Source: a virus
Taxonomy: Duplodnaviria; Caudoviricetes
Virus record (IMG/VR): IMGVR_UViG_3300004806_000004
Coordinates: 1-49,799 of that record
Direction: 5' to 3' (one strand)
DNA: 49,799 nt
Shown here: piece by piece, positions 9,078 through 17,485 of the stretch
Layout of the letters: every line of letters starts with the position of its first letter
Numbering within the stretch: the first letter of the stretch is position 1
Program-made: the position numbers and the translations under genes
Notes under the pieces: model-generated
Seen by the model: the letters and a program-made list of their open reading frames with translations, nothing else
The model's database searches: none
Told to the model about the DNA's origin: nothing

Positions 9078-10871
9078 TCAGTATTTACGAGTTGTTAAGA
9101 GGCGGTTTCTGTTGTAGTCTGACACAGCCTCATGTATGTCTGACATATCTGGTGTTTCGATAGATGGATCTGGGCGGGTGGAAGATGGAATTAACGATCT
9201 CTTCGCCCATTCTCTCATATCAAAATCATGCGTAATCTCTGGTTTCGTTTTATCCTCAGGGATAACAAACGGTATCGGTGCAGACTTCTCTTCCTCAGGA
9301 AACTTATATCCCCAGAATGAGAGGTTGAAAGCATCCGCCCGATCCGGCGAAGGGTACCCTCTACTACGCTGCTCTTCCTTCGTCAACAATTGATGTACGT
9401 TCTTAGTTGAGATTTTATAGTATCTACCACATAACTGCGTTATGAGTAACCTATCATTCATCACAATGATCTCACCCTTCTCAAACAGTAAGCGAGTATT
9501 GAAGAATAGTTCTGTCGCACGATTGAAATAGACTTTCGGATCCCTGGCTGATGAGCGAGAGTCAATCAATCTTATATTACTCCACCCTTCTCGTTTGAGA
9601 CGTACTAATGTAGGTTTGCCTATGCCAGTTGCATCTCCGTAGATCAGAGCCTCAGGATGGTTCAGATCGTATTGATTGAATTTCTGTCTCAGATACTCTA
9701 CCATATCCTCAGAGTTATCGAAACGAAATGCCTCTTGTGCGATCTGTTTATTACCATTCCTCACGCTCAGTACTGTCTCCGCTCCACCGTCAGATAAATC
9801 TAATCCTGCTGTATTGAAAGGTTGCTTAAACCATCTCTCATTCTTTACAGCTTTCCAGACGTATTGTGACGGTATTACCACCTTCTCGTCAGTCGAACCG
9901 AACTCTGCCATCATCGACGAAAGGAACGTAGAGTTGTTCCTCCCACCAGGGAGTTTAGATGCCATACGTTCTGCCTCAGACTCGGTGATATGGGGGCAGT
10001 CTTTGTACGTTACTTTATAGAGTATTTGTTGAGATGATGTGGTTTCTTTAATGTTGTTTAACGTATCCCTTGGTACAGCAGTTTGACATACGTTATAGAA
10101 ATATCCAGACTGTATTCCCGGCGATGAGCAGTCTACTCGGTGAGTGAATCCATGGCAACGTTCTAATGCTTCGATGATTGGTTCAGGAATAGATTTCGTC
10201 TCTGATGTGAAGATGCACATCTTCCTTCCAGCAGATGCAGGGTGAAAACCTTCCGCCTTTCCAGGTTCATCAGTAGCAAATAACTTAATACAAGATGGTA
10301 ATGGTTCACCATATTTACCCCTATGTCCGAACTCATAGTACCTATCCTGAACCTTCCACACTGGACCTAAAATAGCGTTGGCTTTATTGGTTAGACGATC
10401 TATGTGGGCGCCAGTTTGACTATCCAACTGTTGGCCAGACGATGATGTGATAGGTATTTCACACTCAACGTATCTCATTGCCGCCCAGACTGCACACGCT
10501 GCTATGACATATTTGTCCTTGCCGGAACTGTTACACGCCTGTACTACAGCTTGAAAAGGGCTCTCTTTCGTGTGTGATCCATTCGCAAAGTCCATCATGA
10601 ATCTTATTTGCCAATCATGCAACCTTGCTCTTCCAGCTAACAGATCTTCATCTAGTAGAAACAGCAACTCTACTGGATCTTTGATATCTACGCCATCTAC
10701 TCCTAATCGGTATTCTTCCACAGGTGCAGGTGACAAGGCTGCATCTTTAACTGGACCAGTGGAGCAGAACACTGGTGAAGGTTCAGTCTGTGGAAGAGCC
10801 GCTGCGGCATACTCAGCATTGAGTTGTTCCGCAAGTTCTTCAGGAGTTAATGCTACGTTAGTGTCAACCAT
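9078..10871 (-). CDS. terL: Terminase large subunit
   Basis: LHDWQ Q-motif, Walker A-like ACNSSGKD, Walker B-like CIFTSE, coupling motif CSSP, and RNase H-like nuclease motifs AGLDLS, YGDATGIG and SPDRADA. Confidence 0.9.
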   Translation of the reverse strand: MVDTNVALTPEELAEQLNAEYAAAALPQTEPSPVFCSTGPVKDAALSPAPVEEYRLGVDGVDIKDPVELLFLLDEDLLAGRARLHDWQIRFMMDFANGSHTKESPFQAVVQACNSSGKDKYVIAACAVWAAMRYVECEIPITSSSGQQLDSQTGAHIDRLTNKANAILGPVWKVQDRYYEFGHRGKYGEPLPSCIKLFATDEPGKAEGFHPASAGRKMCIFTSETKSIPEPIIEALERCHGFTHRVDCSSPGIQSGYFYNVCQTAVPRDTLNNIKETTSSQQILYKVTYKDCPHITESEAERMASKLPGGRNNSTFLSSMMAEFGSTDEKVVIPSQYVWKAVKNERWFKQPFNTAGLDLSDGGAETVLSVRNGNKQIAQEAFRFDNSEDMVEYLRQKFNQYDLNHPEALIYGDATGIGKPTLVRLKREGWSNIRLIDSRSSARDPKVYFNRATELFFNTRLLFEKGEIIVMNDRLLITQLCGRYYKISTKNVHQLLTKEEQRSRGYPSPDRADAFNLSFWGYKFPEEEKSAPIPFVIPEDKTKPEITHDFDMREWAKRSLIPSSTRPDPSIETPDMSDIHEAVSDYNRNRLLTTRKY

Positions 10872-11274
10872 TTATCTGCCCCTTTACGGTTGTAGCCATC
10901 TCACGAACTCGTTTCATTTGTTCGTTAATCATGAAGATGTTTGTCTGTTGATTAGCGAACCCTTTCACCACCTCTTTCCTGCCCTTCTTATCATCACGCA
11001 CATACGTAGCAGCAGCAAGACGAACCTTCTCATTCTCGGCTGACAATGCTAATGCCATGATAACTTCATTCACTCGTTCTAGATCATCGTTAGAGAAGTT
11101 CAACCTATCTTCTGATTCAGGCTCCTGTCCACAATCCTTTCTGTATTTACTTGACACCTGCATCAAACAAGCCTTGACAGAGGCAACCTCTAGACCCCTG
11201 TCAGAAGCGATCTCATCAGGTAGCATAGATTCATTCTCATATGCTACTTTTATGGCTTTGTGTTCTGCTGTCAT
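10864..11274 (-). CDS. Terminase small subunit (putative)
   Basis: HTH-like N-terminus (PDEIASDRGLEVASVK) and an ENEKVRLAAA helix. Overlaps the terL start. Confidence 0.65.
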   Translation of the reverse strand: MTAEHKAIKVAYENESMLPDEIASDRGLEVASVKACLMQVSSKYRKDCGQEPESEDRLNFSNDDLERVNEVIMALALSAENEKVRLAAATYVRDDKKGRKEVVKGFANQQTNIFMINEQMKRVREMATTVKGQING

Positions 11275-11292
11275 ATCCTATTGGGCGCTCAA

Positions 11293-11589
11293 TTAAACCT
11301 TCTTGGCTAATTCTCGCATTTTGCTGATGTTCCCATTTATCACTTCATCAGTGATTTCTTCATCCATTTTCGCATACGATTCTTGCTGTTTGAACATTTG
11401 AGTATATCGAATCGCAGCATGTAACCTATCGAGTGCTTCTTTGTCCATTGTATTCTCTACCGGAACATCTGCCCGATCGTAATAGATACTCAATTTATTT
11501 GCCAATTTAACCTTATCAATTTTGCGTCTCTGAACGTTGTTCGGGACAGCGCCCCCTTTGGCAGATGATGGAATAATGATATTACTCAT
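11293..11589 (-). CDS. Hypothetical protein
   Basis: Start trimmed to the ATG at 11589 (MSNIIIP). The upstream extension looks non-coding. Confidence 0.55.
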   Translation of the reverse strand: MSNIIIPSSAKGGAVPNNVQRRKIDKVKLANKLSIYYDRADVPVENTMDKEALDRLHAAIRYTQMFKQQESYAKMDEEITDEVINGNISKMRELAKKV

Positions 11590-11658
11590 ACAACCTCCAC
11601 AAACGATACCACCCCATTCCACGCAGCCATTACCACCCCATACGCCGCACAAACCGAA

Positions 11659-11829
11659 TTAACTTGTTTTGTGTCTTGATTCATAGTCTATTTTATGTGC
11701 TTGTTTTAGTGTCTCGCGAATCTCCCCTAACCTACGTCTCACCATAGGTGTCGCCCTCGCTCCCAGCCTCACTATCATATCCCTCTCGCTCCTCAGTCTT
11801 TCATATTCATCTGCGGTTAGGATTCGCAT
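11659..11829 (-). CDS. Small basic hypothetical protein, first gene of the packaging operon
   Basis: ATG at 11829 (MRILTADEYERL) lies just downstream of the sigma54 promoter at 11846-11861. Confidence 0.5.
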   Translation of the reverse strand: MRILTADEYERLRSERDMIVRLGARATPMVRRRLGEIRETLKQAHKIDYESRHKTS

Positions 11830-11845
11830 AGTCGTATATCGATAT

Positions 11846-11861
11846 AGCAACAATTGTGCCA
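11846..11861 (-). promoter_or_regulatory. sigma54 -24/-12 promoter for the terminase/portal operon
   Basis: Minus strand reads (T)TGGCACAATTGTTGCT(A), at the head of the minus-strand arm. Confidence 0.85.
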
Positions 11862-12059
11862 ACTGTCGCGCAGCGAAATATAAAGGGTTTATATTGCACA
11901 TCCGCTTATTGATTTTGTAAATTTTCTGAGAGAGGTATAGTTGCGATGAGCCTTCGACCTTCTGGTTTTCCATTAGCCAATCTAATATCCCTTGGCTATC
12001 ATTAGCTCTACTGAACAAGTGAAGCTACTATTAGCTGCTCTATCATTAGATATGGTTAA

Positions 12060-12590
12060 TAATCGCTCCTATCATTATGCCAGCTGAATAAGGGTAATAC
12101 ATTAGAGTATATAATGGTACATATAATGACCGGGCTAGTCGTATATCAGATTGATATAACAGACCCCTTATTAGTATATGTATAACCTCGTTATCTCTTT
12201 TTCCCCAAAAATTGAAAATTATATTAGATAATATAATAGCTAATAATAATAATAACTAATATAGTATAAATATGTATATACTAATAACATGGATGGTGTA
12301 TTGGGGGAGATATAAGGGGATATATGATATACGACTATGATGGTAGATTATAGGCTAGTAAGCGGGATTGGCTAATTATCAGGTGATAATGTGATTATCA
12401 GGAGATAAATGGGCGTGAAAGGTTGGATTATCACGTGATAAATGATTGTGTCCTATTATGGGACGTATATTTAACGATAAAACATTGGGGAATCCAATAA
12501 TGGGACAGTAGGTGTCAAGGAATGGGACAGTTGGGAATTGTGGAAATGAGCTTTATCGTTATTCATTGGCAAATACGCATATTGGGACGT
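12060..12590. other. AT-rich non-coding control region (candidate origin and/or genome end)
   Basis: No ORFs in the track, a very AT-rich tract at ~12205-12290, palindromes and TGGGAC repeats, between the divergent arms. Confidence 0.55.
12375..12442. promoter_or_regulatory. Three operator/enhancer-like palindromes ATTATCA-NNN-GATAA
   Basis: ATTATCAGGTGATAAT (12375), ATTATCAGGAGATAAA (12394), ATTATCACGTGATAAA (12427). Confidence 0.65.
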
Positions 12591-12606
12591 TGGCATGGTG
12601 GGTGCT
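12591..12606 (+). promoter_or_regulatory. sigma54 -24/-12 promoter at the head of the early arm
   Basis: (T)TGGCATGGTGGGTGCT(A), GG-N10-GC, upstream of the first + strand gene. Confidence 0.7.
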
Positions 12607-12785
12607 AAGGATTCGGTAGTTCTTTGAAATCAGTTTGCTAGTTGGCACGTTACTCGGTAGTGTAGTGATACATTTCCCGAACAGATACAGCTAGTTTAAC
12701 GTTGTTAGTGCGATTCACTTTACTGGTGAATATAGGCGATAACTGCCATAATGGCCGCCCAATAGTCACCAGTGATACAAACAAC

Positions 12786-13277
12786 ATGAGCACGAGCACG
12801 AGCAACGATCAAACCGCATCTATTAACAACATCCCCAAAGTGACAATCGGTAAGTTTGGCGACGGACGCTACAGCCCCCTTATGGCGGAAGTATTCGACA
12901 GCCTCCAAACATGCCTCGGCATGGATGAAGGACTGGCCGACAGCCTGGCCCGTAAGATTGCATCTGATTTCGGTGCAATCATGTCCAATGGTCAGATTGG
13001 GTTATCGAAGGTGTCGCTCGGCAAGGTGAGCAAGAAGGATTCTAAGCTCACTGTTAAGGAAGCTGCAACCAAAGTAAAGGGTGTATCCCTTAGCCATCCG
13101 TTGCTGTTACTGAAAGCTGTCTGCTACTTCGGCGAGGCTGGTGTTAATGGGGTTAGTTATGGCAATACCAAATTCAAGCTTACTGATAAGCTTGCCGATT
13201 GGGTTGCCGAACAAAAACCGACCGTTGGTTCAACCAAGGTTGAACAAGCGGACGAACAAGCGGACAAGAAAAACTGA
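12786..13277 (+). CDS. Hypothetical early protein
   Basis: ATG at 12786 follows the A/C-rich leader TACAAACAAC. The gene is followed by a long hairpin. Confidence 0.75.
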   Translation: MSTSTSNDQTASINNIPKVTIGKFGDGRYSPLMAEVFDSLQTCLGMDEGLADSLARKIASDFGAIMSNGQIGLSKVSLGKVSKKDSKLTVKEAATKVKGVSLSHPLLLLKAVCYFGEAGVNGVSYGNTKFKLTDKLADWVAEQKPTVGSTKVEQADEQADKKN

Positions 13278-13282
13278 TAGAA

Positions 13283-13339
13283 CACGCGAGACTCTGCATG
13301 AGATAAAACTTGTGCGGAGTCTCTCCTATTTCCCGCGTG
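13283..13339 (+). terminator. Long RNA hairpin (terminator or processing site)
   Basis: 15-bp stem GAGACTCTGCATGAG/CTTGTGCGGAGTCTC with G-U pairs, enclosed by CACGCG/CGCGTG. Confidence 0.6.
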
Positions 13340-13843
13340 ATCTTTGACAAATTATGAGTATAGATATTATCGTCGCTATTGTGACGCAATCGAAAGATTG
13401 ACACCTAATATCTATCCATCCGAAATAAGACCCAACTCTTATCTATCTAGCAAGATAACATCTTATCCATCCCAAGTGGAAGGTAGAGACTTACTATTTA
13501 GGCTCATTAAGAGACATGATAAATAGGGTATCTGTGCAATGAATCTATGCAACACAGACAGACAATCCGTAAGCGGTAGCAAACTTACTTTTGAGAAGTA
13601 TTGGCACGCAATAGCGGGGTATGTGACCGTTGAGTCAGTTGTTAGTTAAACGTTAGTCATCCATCCCAATATAGTCGCCAAACTTAGTAAGATAACAGTA
13701 CCGTGATATTATGGACCTGACAGTTGAATCTAGCCTTTATTCGCCGTGCGAATGACGACAGTGATAAGCCTGTGTAATAGAGAATCAAACTGTGAACAAC
13801 TTAACAATACCGCTCACGCCTAGTGCGCAAGTGTAGGACCAGT

Positions 13844-14080
13844 ATGAATCCATCACCTAAACAACTGCATGAAGAGAAGATGCGTCTAAATGGCATTGTT
13901 CATGCTAGACGCAATGCGCCCAAATGGCGATGTGCAACCCGTAAACATGCGAAGAATGCAACTAAACAATTCTTCGGTAAAGACGCTAAACATGTGAGAT
14001 GCGTAGTAGAAGCGGGGATGGAAACTGTGTATAACAGACCATCGTATCAAATGCCGTTGTATAACATTCGGAACAAATAG
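13844..14080 (+). CDS. Small basic hypothetical protein
   Basis: ORF from the ATG at 13844, ending 9 nt before the next gene. Confidence 0.45.
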   Translation: MNPSPKQLHEEKMRLNGIVHARRNAPKWRCATRKHAKNATKQFFGKDAKHVRCVVEAGMETVYNRPSYQMPLYNIRNK

Positions 14081-14089
14081 TAACCAATT

Positions 14090-14380
14090 ATGTCAATATC
14101 CATCGACTATGATAGATTAGCAGACGTAATTAAACGTCACGAAAATAGCATACGATACCCGTATGGATGCCATTACAGGTCAAGTGTAGATCATAAGTTA
14201 CACGGCTATACTGAACCCGTAGCGCGTGCTATGTGTGTTAAACTCTGTCACCGAGCGTATGATAAATGGGTGAAACTAGGGATGAAAGGTGACTACTTTT
14301 TGGTACTTAATACATCATATGCAGAAGATACAAAATGGCATGAAGATGTGGAGAAACTCTATTACAAAGTAACCAAATGA
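14090..14380 (+). CDS. Hypothetical protein, possible minimal lysozyme/transglycosylase-like fold
   Basis: The pattern LADVIKRHE..PYG...SYAED..W...V resembles small lysozyme-like proteins. Recognised by eye only. Confidence 0.35.
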   Translation: MSISIDYDRLADVIKRHENSIRYPYGCHYRSSVDHKLHGYTEPVARAMCVKLCHRAYDKWVKLGMKGDYFLVLNTSYAEDTKWHEDVEKLYYKVTK

Positions 14381-14407
14381 ATGTAGATGTGTAGAAATTA
14401 TATTATC

Positions 14408-14578
14408 ATGAAAATCGCAACAGTATTCTTCCCTCCCGTTAAAGAAGACGACAAAAAGGATGGTTATGTATCCTACGTCAAACAACGTAACCAATGGCAT
14501 CGCGAACTTGAAGCCAAATGGAAAGGATTTACAATCAAAAATTCCGCTTGCACAGATTACGCTATTATTTTTAAATAG
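14408..14578 (+). CDS. Small hypothetical protein
   Basis: ORF from the ATG at 14408, followed by tandem hairpins. Confidence 0.45.
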   Translation: MKIATVFFPPVKEDDKKDGYVSYVKQRNQWHRELEAKWKGFTIKNSACTDYAIIFK

Positions 14579-14591
14579 CCGCCCTTTCACA

Positions 14592-14662
14592 TCCACCCAA
14601 TGTGAACTATTGGGTGGAATTTAACCAGTACTATCGCGCCCCAGTAAGGTGTGATGGTGCTG
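14592..14662 (+). terminator. Tandem RNA hairpins
   Basis: TCCACCCAAT/ATTGGGTGGA (14592-14618) and a 15-bp stem CAGTACTATCGCGCC/GGTGTGATGGTGCTG (14626-14662, four G-U pairs). Confidence 0.6.
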
Positions 14663-14939
14663 TTTAGATTATGTTCCATATTGACCTAACATTCGAAGAC
14701 CATCGCATCATCGCGAACAAACAAACAACTGGGAAGTTATGCTCTGTGATAACTTATCTGGTAAGCAACAACTGATTGTCATGCCGTATAGAGCACTGAC
14801 TGACTTAATCAGTATTAACATCAATCCTGATGGAGTTTTGGAAGGAAAGACTGAAAGTCAAGTTTATGAGCAACTTGAAGCGTTGACTTATATGTTCAGC
14901 ACACTGCCCAACGAACTCCGTTTTATCCCCTAATATTAT

Positions 14940-15140
14940 ATGAAACCAACTGAAATAACAGATCAACCCGCTCCCAAACGTCGCCTTGCCTGTGTGCAAA
15001 TTGCAGGTAAGCCGCCTATTATCGGTGAGATTGTGAACGAGAATAGCAAAGGTTACACAATCCGCACTGGAACTGGAGACTCTCCAGCTACTGAATGGTT
15101 TGCACGTGAATCGGCGTTGGTAACAACACACGAGCTATAA
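14940..15140 (+). CDS. Small hypothetical protein
   Basis: 66-aa ORF with the ATATG start context. Confidence 0.55.
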   Translation: MKPTEITDQPAPKRRLACVQIAGKPPIIGEIVNENSKGYTIRTGTGDSPATEWFARESALVTTHEL

Positions 15141-15184
15141 ACAATACAATCCCGTTATCGATATCGTGCTTACGTCCTATCCGT

Positions 15185-15200
15185 TGGCACGATTTTTGCT
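15185..15200 (+). promoter_or_regulatory. sigma54 -24/-12 promoter (consensus match)
   Basis: (T)TGGCACGATTTTTGCT matches TGGCACG-N4-TTGCW exactly and is intergenic. Confidence 0.9.
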
Positions 15201-15405
15201 TCCTATACCACGAATATGAAATCATTATTTAATGTTGGAACTGAAAAACTTATCCAAATGTCAAACCAATCCAAGGAAATACTCCTATGTGGAATGATCC
15301 ATCTCTATCACTCAATGATAGATGGAATCTATTCCGTCAAACGGTGATTATTAAACGTGATGACTGGGCAGCTTGTTCATCATCTGAAACTGGAAGGAGA
15401 AAGAA

Positions 15406-15594
15406 ATGATCTTAAACGCATCAATCAAAGTAATGAACAACGTAGATTATGGTTCCGATGTTGTTGGAGTCTCGAAAGAGACACAGCACAGCACAATCAC
15501 AATCTTAACTAAACAGACTACCATAGAACTCTCAGCCGATGAACTGTTGGAGTTTTTGCTACGGACGCAATCCTGTCAGGAGGCACAGCAATGA
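15406..15594 (+). CDS. Small hypothetical protein
   Basis: ATGA overlap with the next gene. Confidence 0.5.
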   Translation: MILNASIKVMNNVDYGSDVVGVSKETQHSTITILTKQTTIELSADELLEFLLRTQSCQEAQQ

Positions 15595-15887
15595 AACCCC
15601 TAATTCTATCCCTTATCGCGTCTAGCGCGGTGGCTGGTGCGCTGGATAGCACAAATTGGTTTGCTGAAAACACATTCAGAAACACCAATTTCTGGACGAA
15701 CATTTCAGGTGAAATGAGTTTCACAAATACTCGGAACATGGGGGTGATTATGATCAAGACCAACTTTACCTATCTTGACTTTAAAGGTCAAATCGTAATC
15801 CCAGTGTCATCAAACGACTTCGCGATTCTCACGAACGCTTACAGCAAAAACATCAAAACCACACCGATTATGGCGTTCGACAAATAA
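15591..15887 (+). CDS. Small exported TN-rich protein
   Basis: Signal peptide MKPLILSLIASSAVAGA and 6 TN dipeptides in 98 aa. Confidence 0.6.
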   Translation: MKPLILSLIASSAVAGALDSTNWFAENTFRNTNFWTNISGEMSFTNTRNMGVIMIKTNFTYLDFKGQIVIPVSSNDFAILTNAYSKNIKTTPIMAFDK

Positions 15888-15888
15888 T

Positions 15889-16227
15889 ATGACTAAAGAT
15901 CAAATCAAAATCGCCTGCGCCAAGCTGGATGGTTGGGATGCCATGCCATCAAACCCGCCCAGGCCTTTAGGCTTTGGCGCTGCCAATGAGAAGCCTGAAT
16001 GGTGGTTTACACATCAGTTGCCCAGCTACACTTCATCCTACGACGCCATCATCCCGTTGATTCAGAAGCAGTTCAAGGATGATAACATTTCCATCAGTGA
16101 ATGGTATTACAACCTGCAAGTAGCGACTGGCCTTGTCACTCGCCACGAACTGTCCATCAAACCCGCCCCTCTCCAACTCTGCGAAGCGTTGCTGAGGGCA
16201 ACCAATAATTACAAGGAAAAGAAATGA
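15889..16227 (+). CDS. Phage ABA-sandwich-like protein (putative)
   Basis: LPSYTSSYDAII and APLQLCEALL patterns resemble this small phage family. Confidence 0.45.
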   Translation: MTKDQIKIACAKLDGWDAMPSNPPRPLGFGAANEKPEWWFTHQLPSYTSSYDAIIPLIQKQFKDDNISISEWYYNLQVATGLVTRHELSIKPAPLQLCEALLRATNNYKEKK

Positions 16228-16898
16228 ACTTTAAAGAACTACAAGAAAAAATCGGAACGCAAATTAAATCAGACTGGCGGCAATCGTCTGGCGGTGGGTG
16301 GATTCACAAGTCGGCCAAAATCGACAAGGAATCAAACATCATCGAAAACGCAATCGTTTGGGGCAGCGTGTACGGAAATGCTCGTGTGTATGGCGATGCT
16401 CAGGTGTACGACAACGCTCAGGTGTACGGAAATTCTCAGGTGTATGATGATGCTTGGGTGTACGGAAATTCTCAGGTATCCGGAAATGCTCAGGTATCCG
16501 GAAATGCTCGTTTATCCGGAAATGCTCAGGTATCCGGAAATGCTTGGGTGTACGGAAATTCTCAGGTGTACGACAACGCTCAGGTGTATGGCGATGCTCA
16601 GGTATCCGGAAATGCTTGGGTGTATGGCGATGCTCAGGTATCCGGAAATGCTCAGGTATCCGGAAATGCTCGTGTGTATGGTGATGCTTGGGTTAAACCC
16701 GTTCTGTTTCTCATGGATTCACGCGGCCACGGCGCAACAAATTGCAAATATGGCCGGCTTAAAATTGGATGCGAAGAACACACATTCAAGGAATGGGATG
16801 AACGATTTGATGCCATCGCCCGAAAACACAATCTGAACGATGCGGAAAAAGTCGAGTACCGCGCAATAGTTGAACTCTTTACCAAAATTGGAAAATGA
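16224..16898 (+). CDS. Hexapeptide-repeat (left-handed beta-helix-like) protein
   Basis: About 18 tandem V[YS][GD][ND][AS][QRW] repeats, followed by a KIGCEEHT C-terminal domain. Confidence 0.85.
   Translation: MNFKELQEKIGTQIKSDWRQSSGGGWIHKSAKIDKESNIIENAIVWGSVYGNARVYGDAQVYDNAQVYGNSQVYDDAWVYGNSQVSGNAQVSGNARLSGNAQVSGNAWVYGNSQVYDNAQVYGDAQVSGNAWVYGDAQVSGNAQVSGNARVYGDAWVKPVLFLMDSRGHGATNCKYGRLKIGCEEHTFKEWDERFDAIARKHNLNDAEKVEYRAIVELFTKIGK
16368..16694 (+). repeat. Coding 18-bp tandem repeat
   Basis: Units such as GTATCCGGAAATGCTCAG and GTGTATGGCGATGCTCAG are repeated in frame. Confidence 0.85.
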
Positions 16899-17299
16899 CA
16901 AAAGTAAATCCACCAATGATAGTAGGGATAACTAACCCATCGTTAGTAACGAGTGTTAAATCCCTCACAACAGCAGACATCGAACGTGAGATTGTGGATG
17001 TATATCGTACAGCAGTAGCGATCAAGCGTCCCACGTATCCCAATCAAAACTGTGACTGTGTCAAACAATGGCGATTGAACGTACCCTATCTAATTCGTTA
17101 CGCTGAACATTTGTTCGCTGAATACAAACATAGGATGAAGAACGATCACATCCATTCAACCCGACTAATCCTACCACCAACAGTTATCGTTACCGTTCCA
17201 CCATTCCTTACCGTCGGATACATGACGTTCAATCGTCAAATTCTCACCAATCGAAACAAAGATTGGTATAGTGTTATCTTTAACGTAACACCCATTTAA
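16895..17299 (+). CDS. Degenerate pyrimidine-dimer glycosylase (endonuclease V)-like protein
   Basis: The pattern C.KQW..N..YL..Y...L..EY..R....H resembles the family. Catalytic residues are not confirmed. Confidence 0.4.
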   Translation: MTKVNPPMIVGITNPSLVTSVKSLTTADIEREIVDVYRTAVAIKRPTYPNQNCDCVKQWRLNVPYLIRYAEHLFAEYKHRMKNDHIHSTRLILPPTVIVTVPPFLTVGYMTFNRQILTNRNKDWYSVIFNVTPI

Positions 17300-17309
17300 T
17301 GAATACCAT

Positions 17310-17325
17310 TGGCACGATTCGTGCT
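17310..17325 (+). promoter_or_regulatory. sigma54 -24/-12 promoter for the helicase/ligase/activator unit
   Basis: (T)TGGCACGATTCGTGCT(A), 10 nt after the upstream stop codon. Confidence 0.85.
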
Positions 17326-17485
17326 ATAGTGTATCCCGTGAATTTAGACAAGAGCAGTTCTTCTGACCATTCCGGTGTAACAAACAATTAAATAGTTACT
17401 TACTACACAGACTGTGTAGTGACAGATGAATTATCGTCTCTTGACTAGAACAAGTCAGTAAAACCCCAACAAACAAAACAAACAT

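Noticed and set aside
12375-12442. Lambda-like lysogeny switch
   Set aside because: Operator-like dyads are present, but I recognise no repressor, integrase or partition genes.
12150-13370. sigma70 promoters (TTGATA-N17-TATATG at 12151; TTGACA at 13344)
   Set aside because: These are weak matches in very AT-rich DNA or have poor spacing (15 nt). They cannot be supported, though an early sigma70 promoter is not excluded.
12643-13617. TGGCACG half-sites at 12643 and 13602
   Set aside because: The -12 element is wrong at 12643 (GG) and one base out of register at 13602. Sigma54 spacing is strict.
13891-13906. Eighth sigma54-like site TGGCATTGTTCATGCT
   Set aside because: Spacing is correct, but it lacks the 5' T shared by the other seven and lies inside a probable CDS. 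Possible, but not counted.
16368-16694. Tandem repeats as a CRISPR array or DGR
   Set aside because: They are in-frame 18-bp coding repeats without unique spacers, and I see no reverse transcriptase in the genome.
16294-17299. Alternative-frame and antisense ORFs in the track (e.g. 16294-16836; also 3995-4567, 17396-18115, 49070-49600)
   Set aside because: They are shadows of repeats or of codon bias in real genes, with no motifs or start context.
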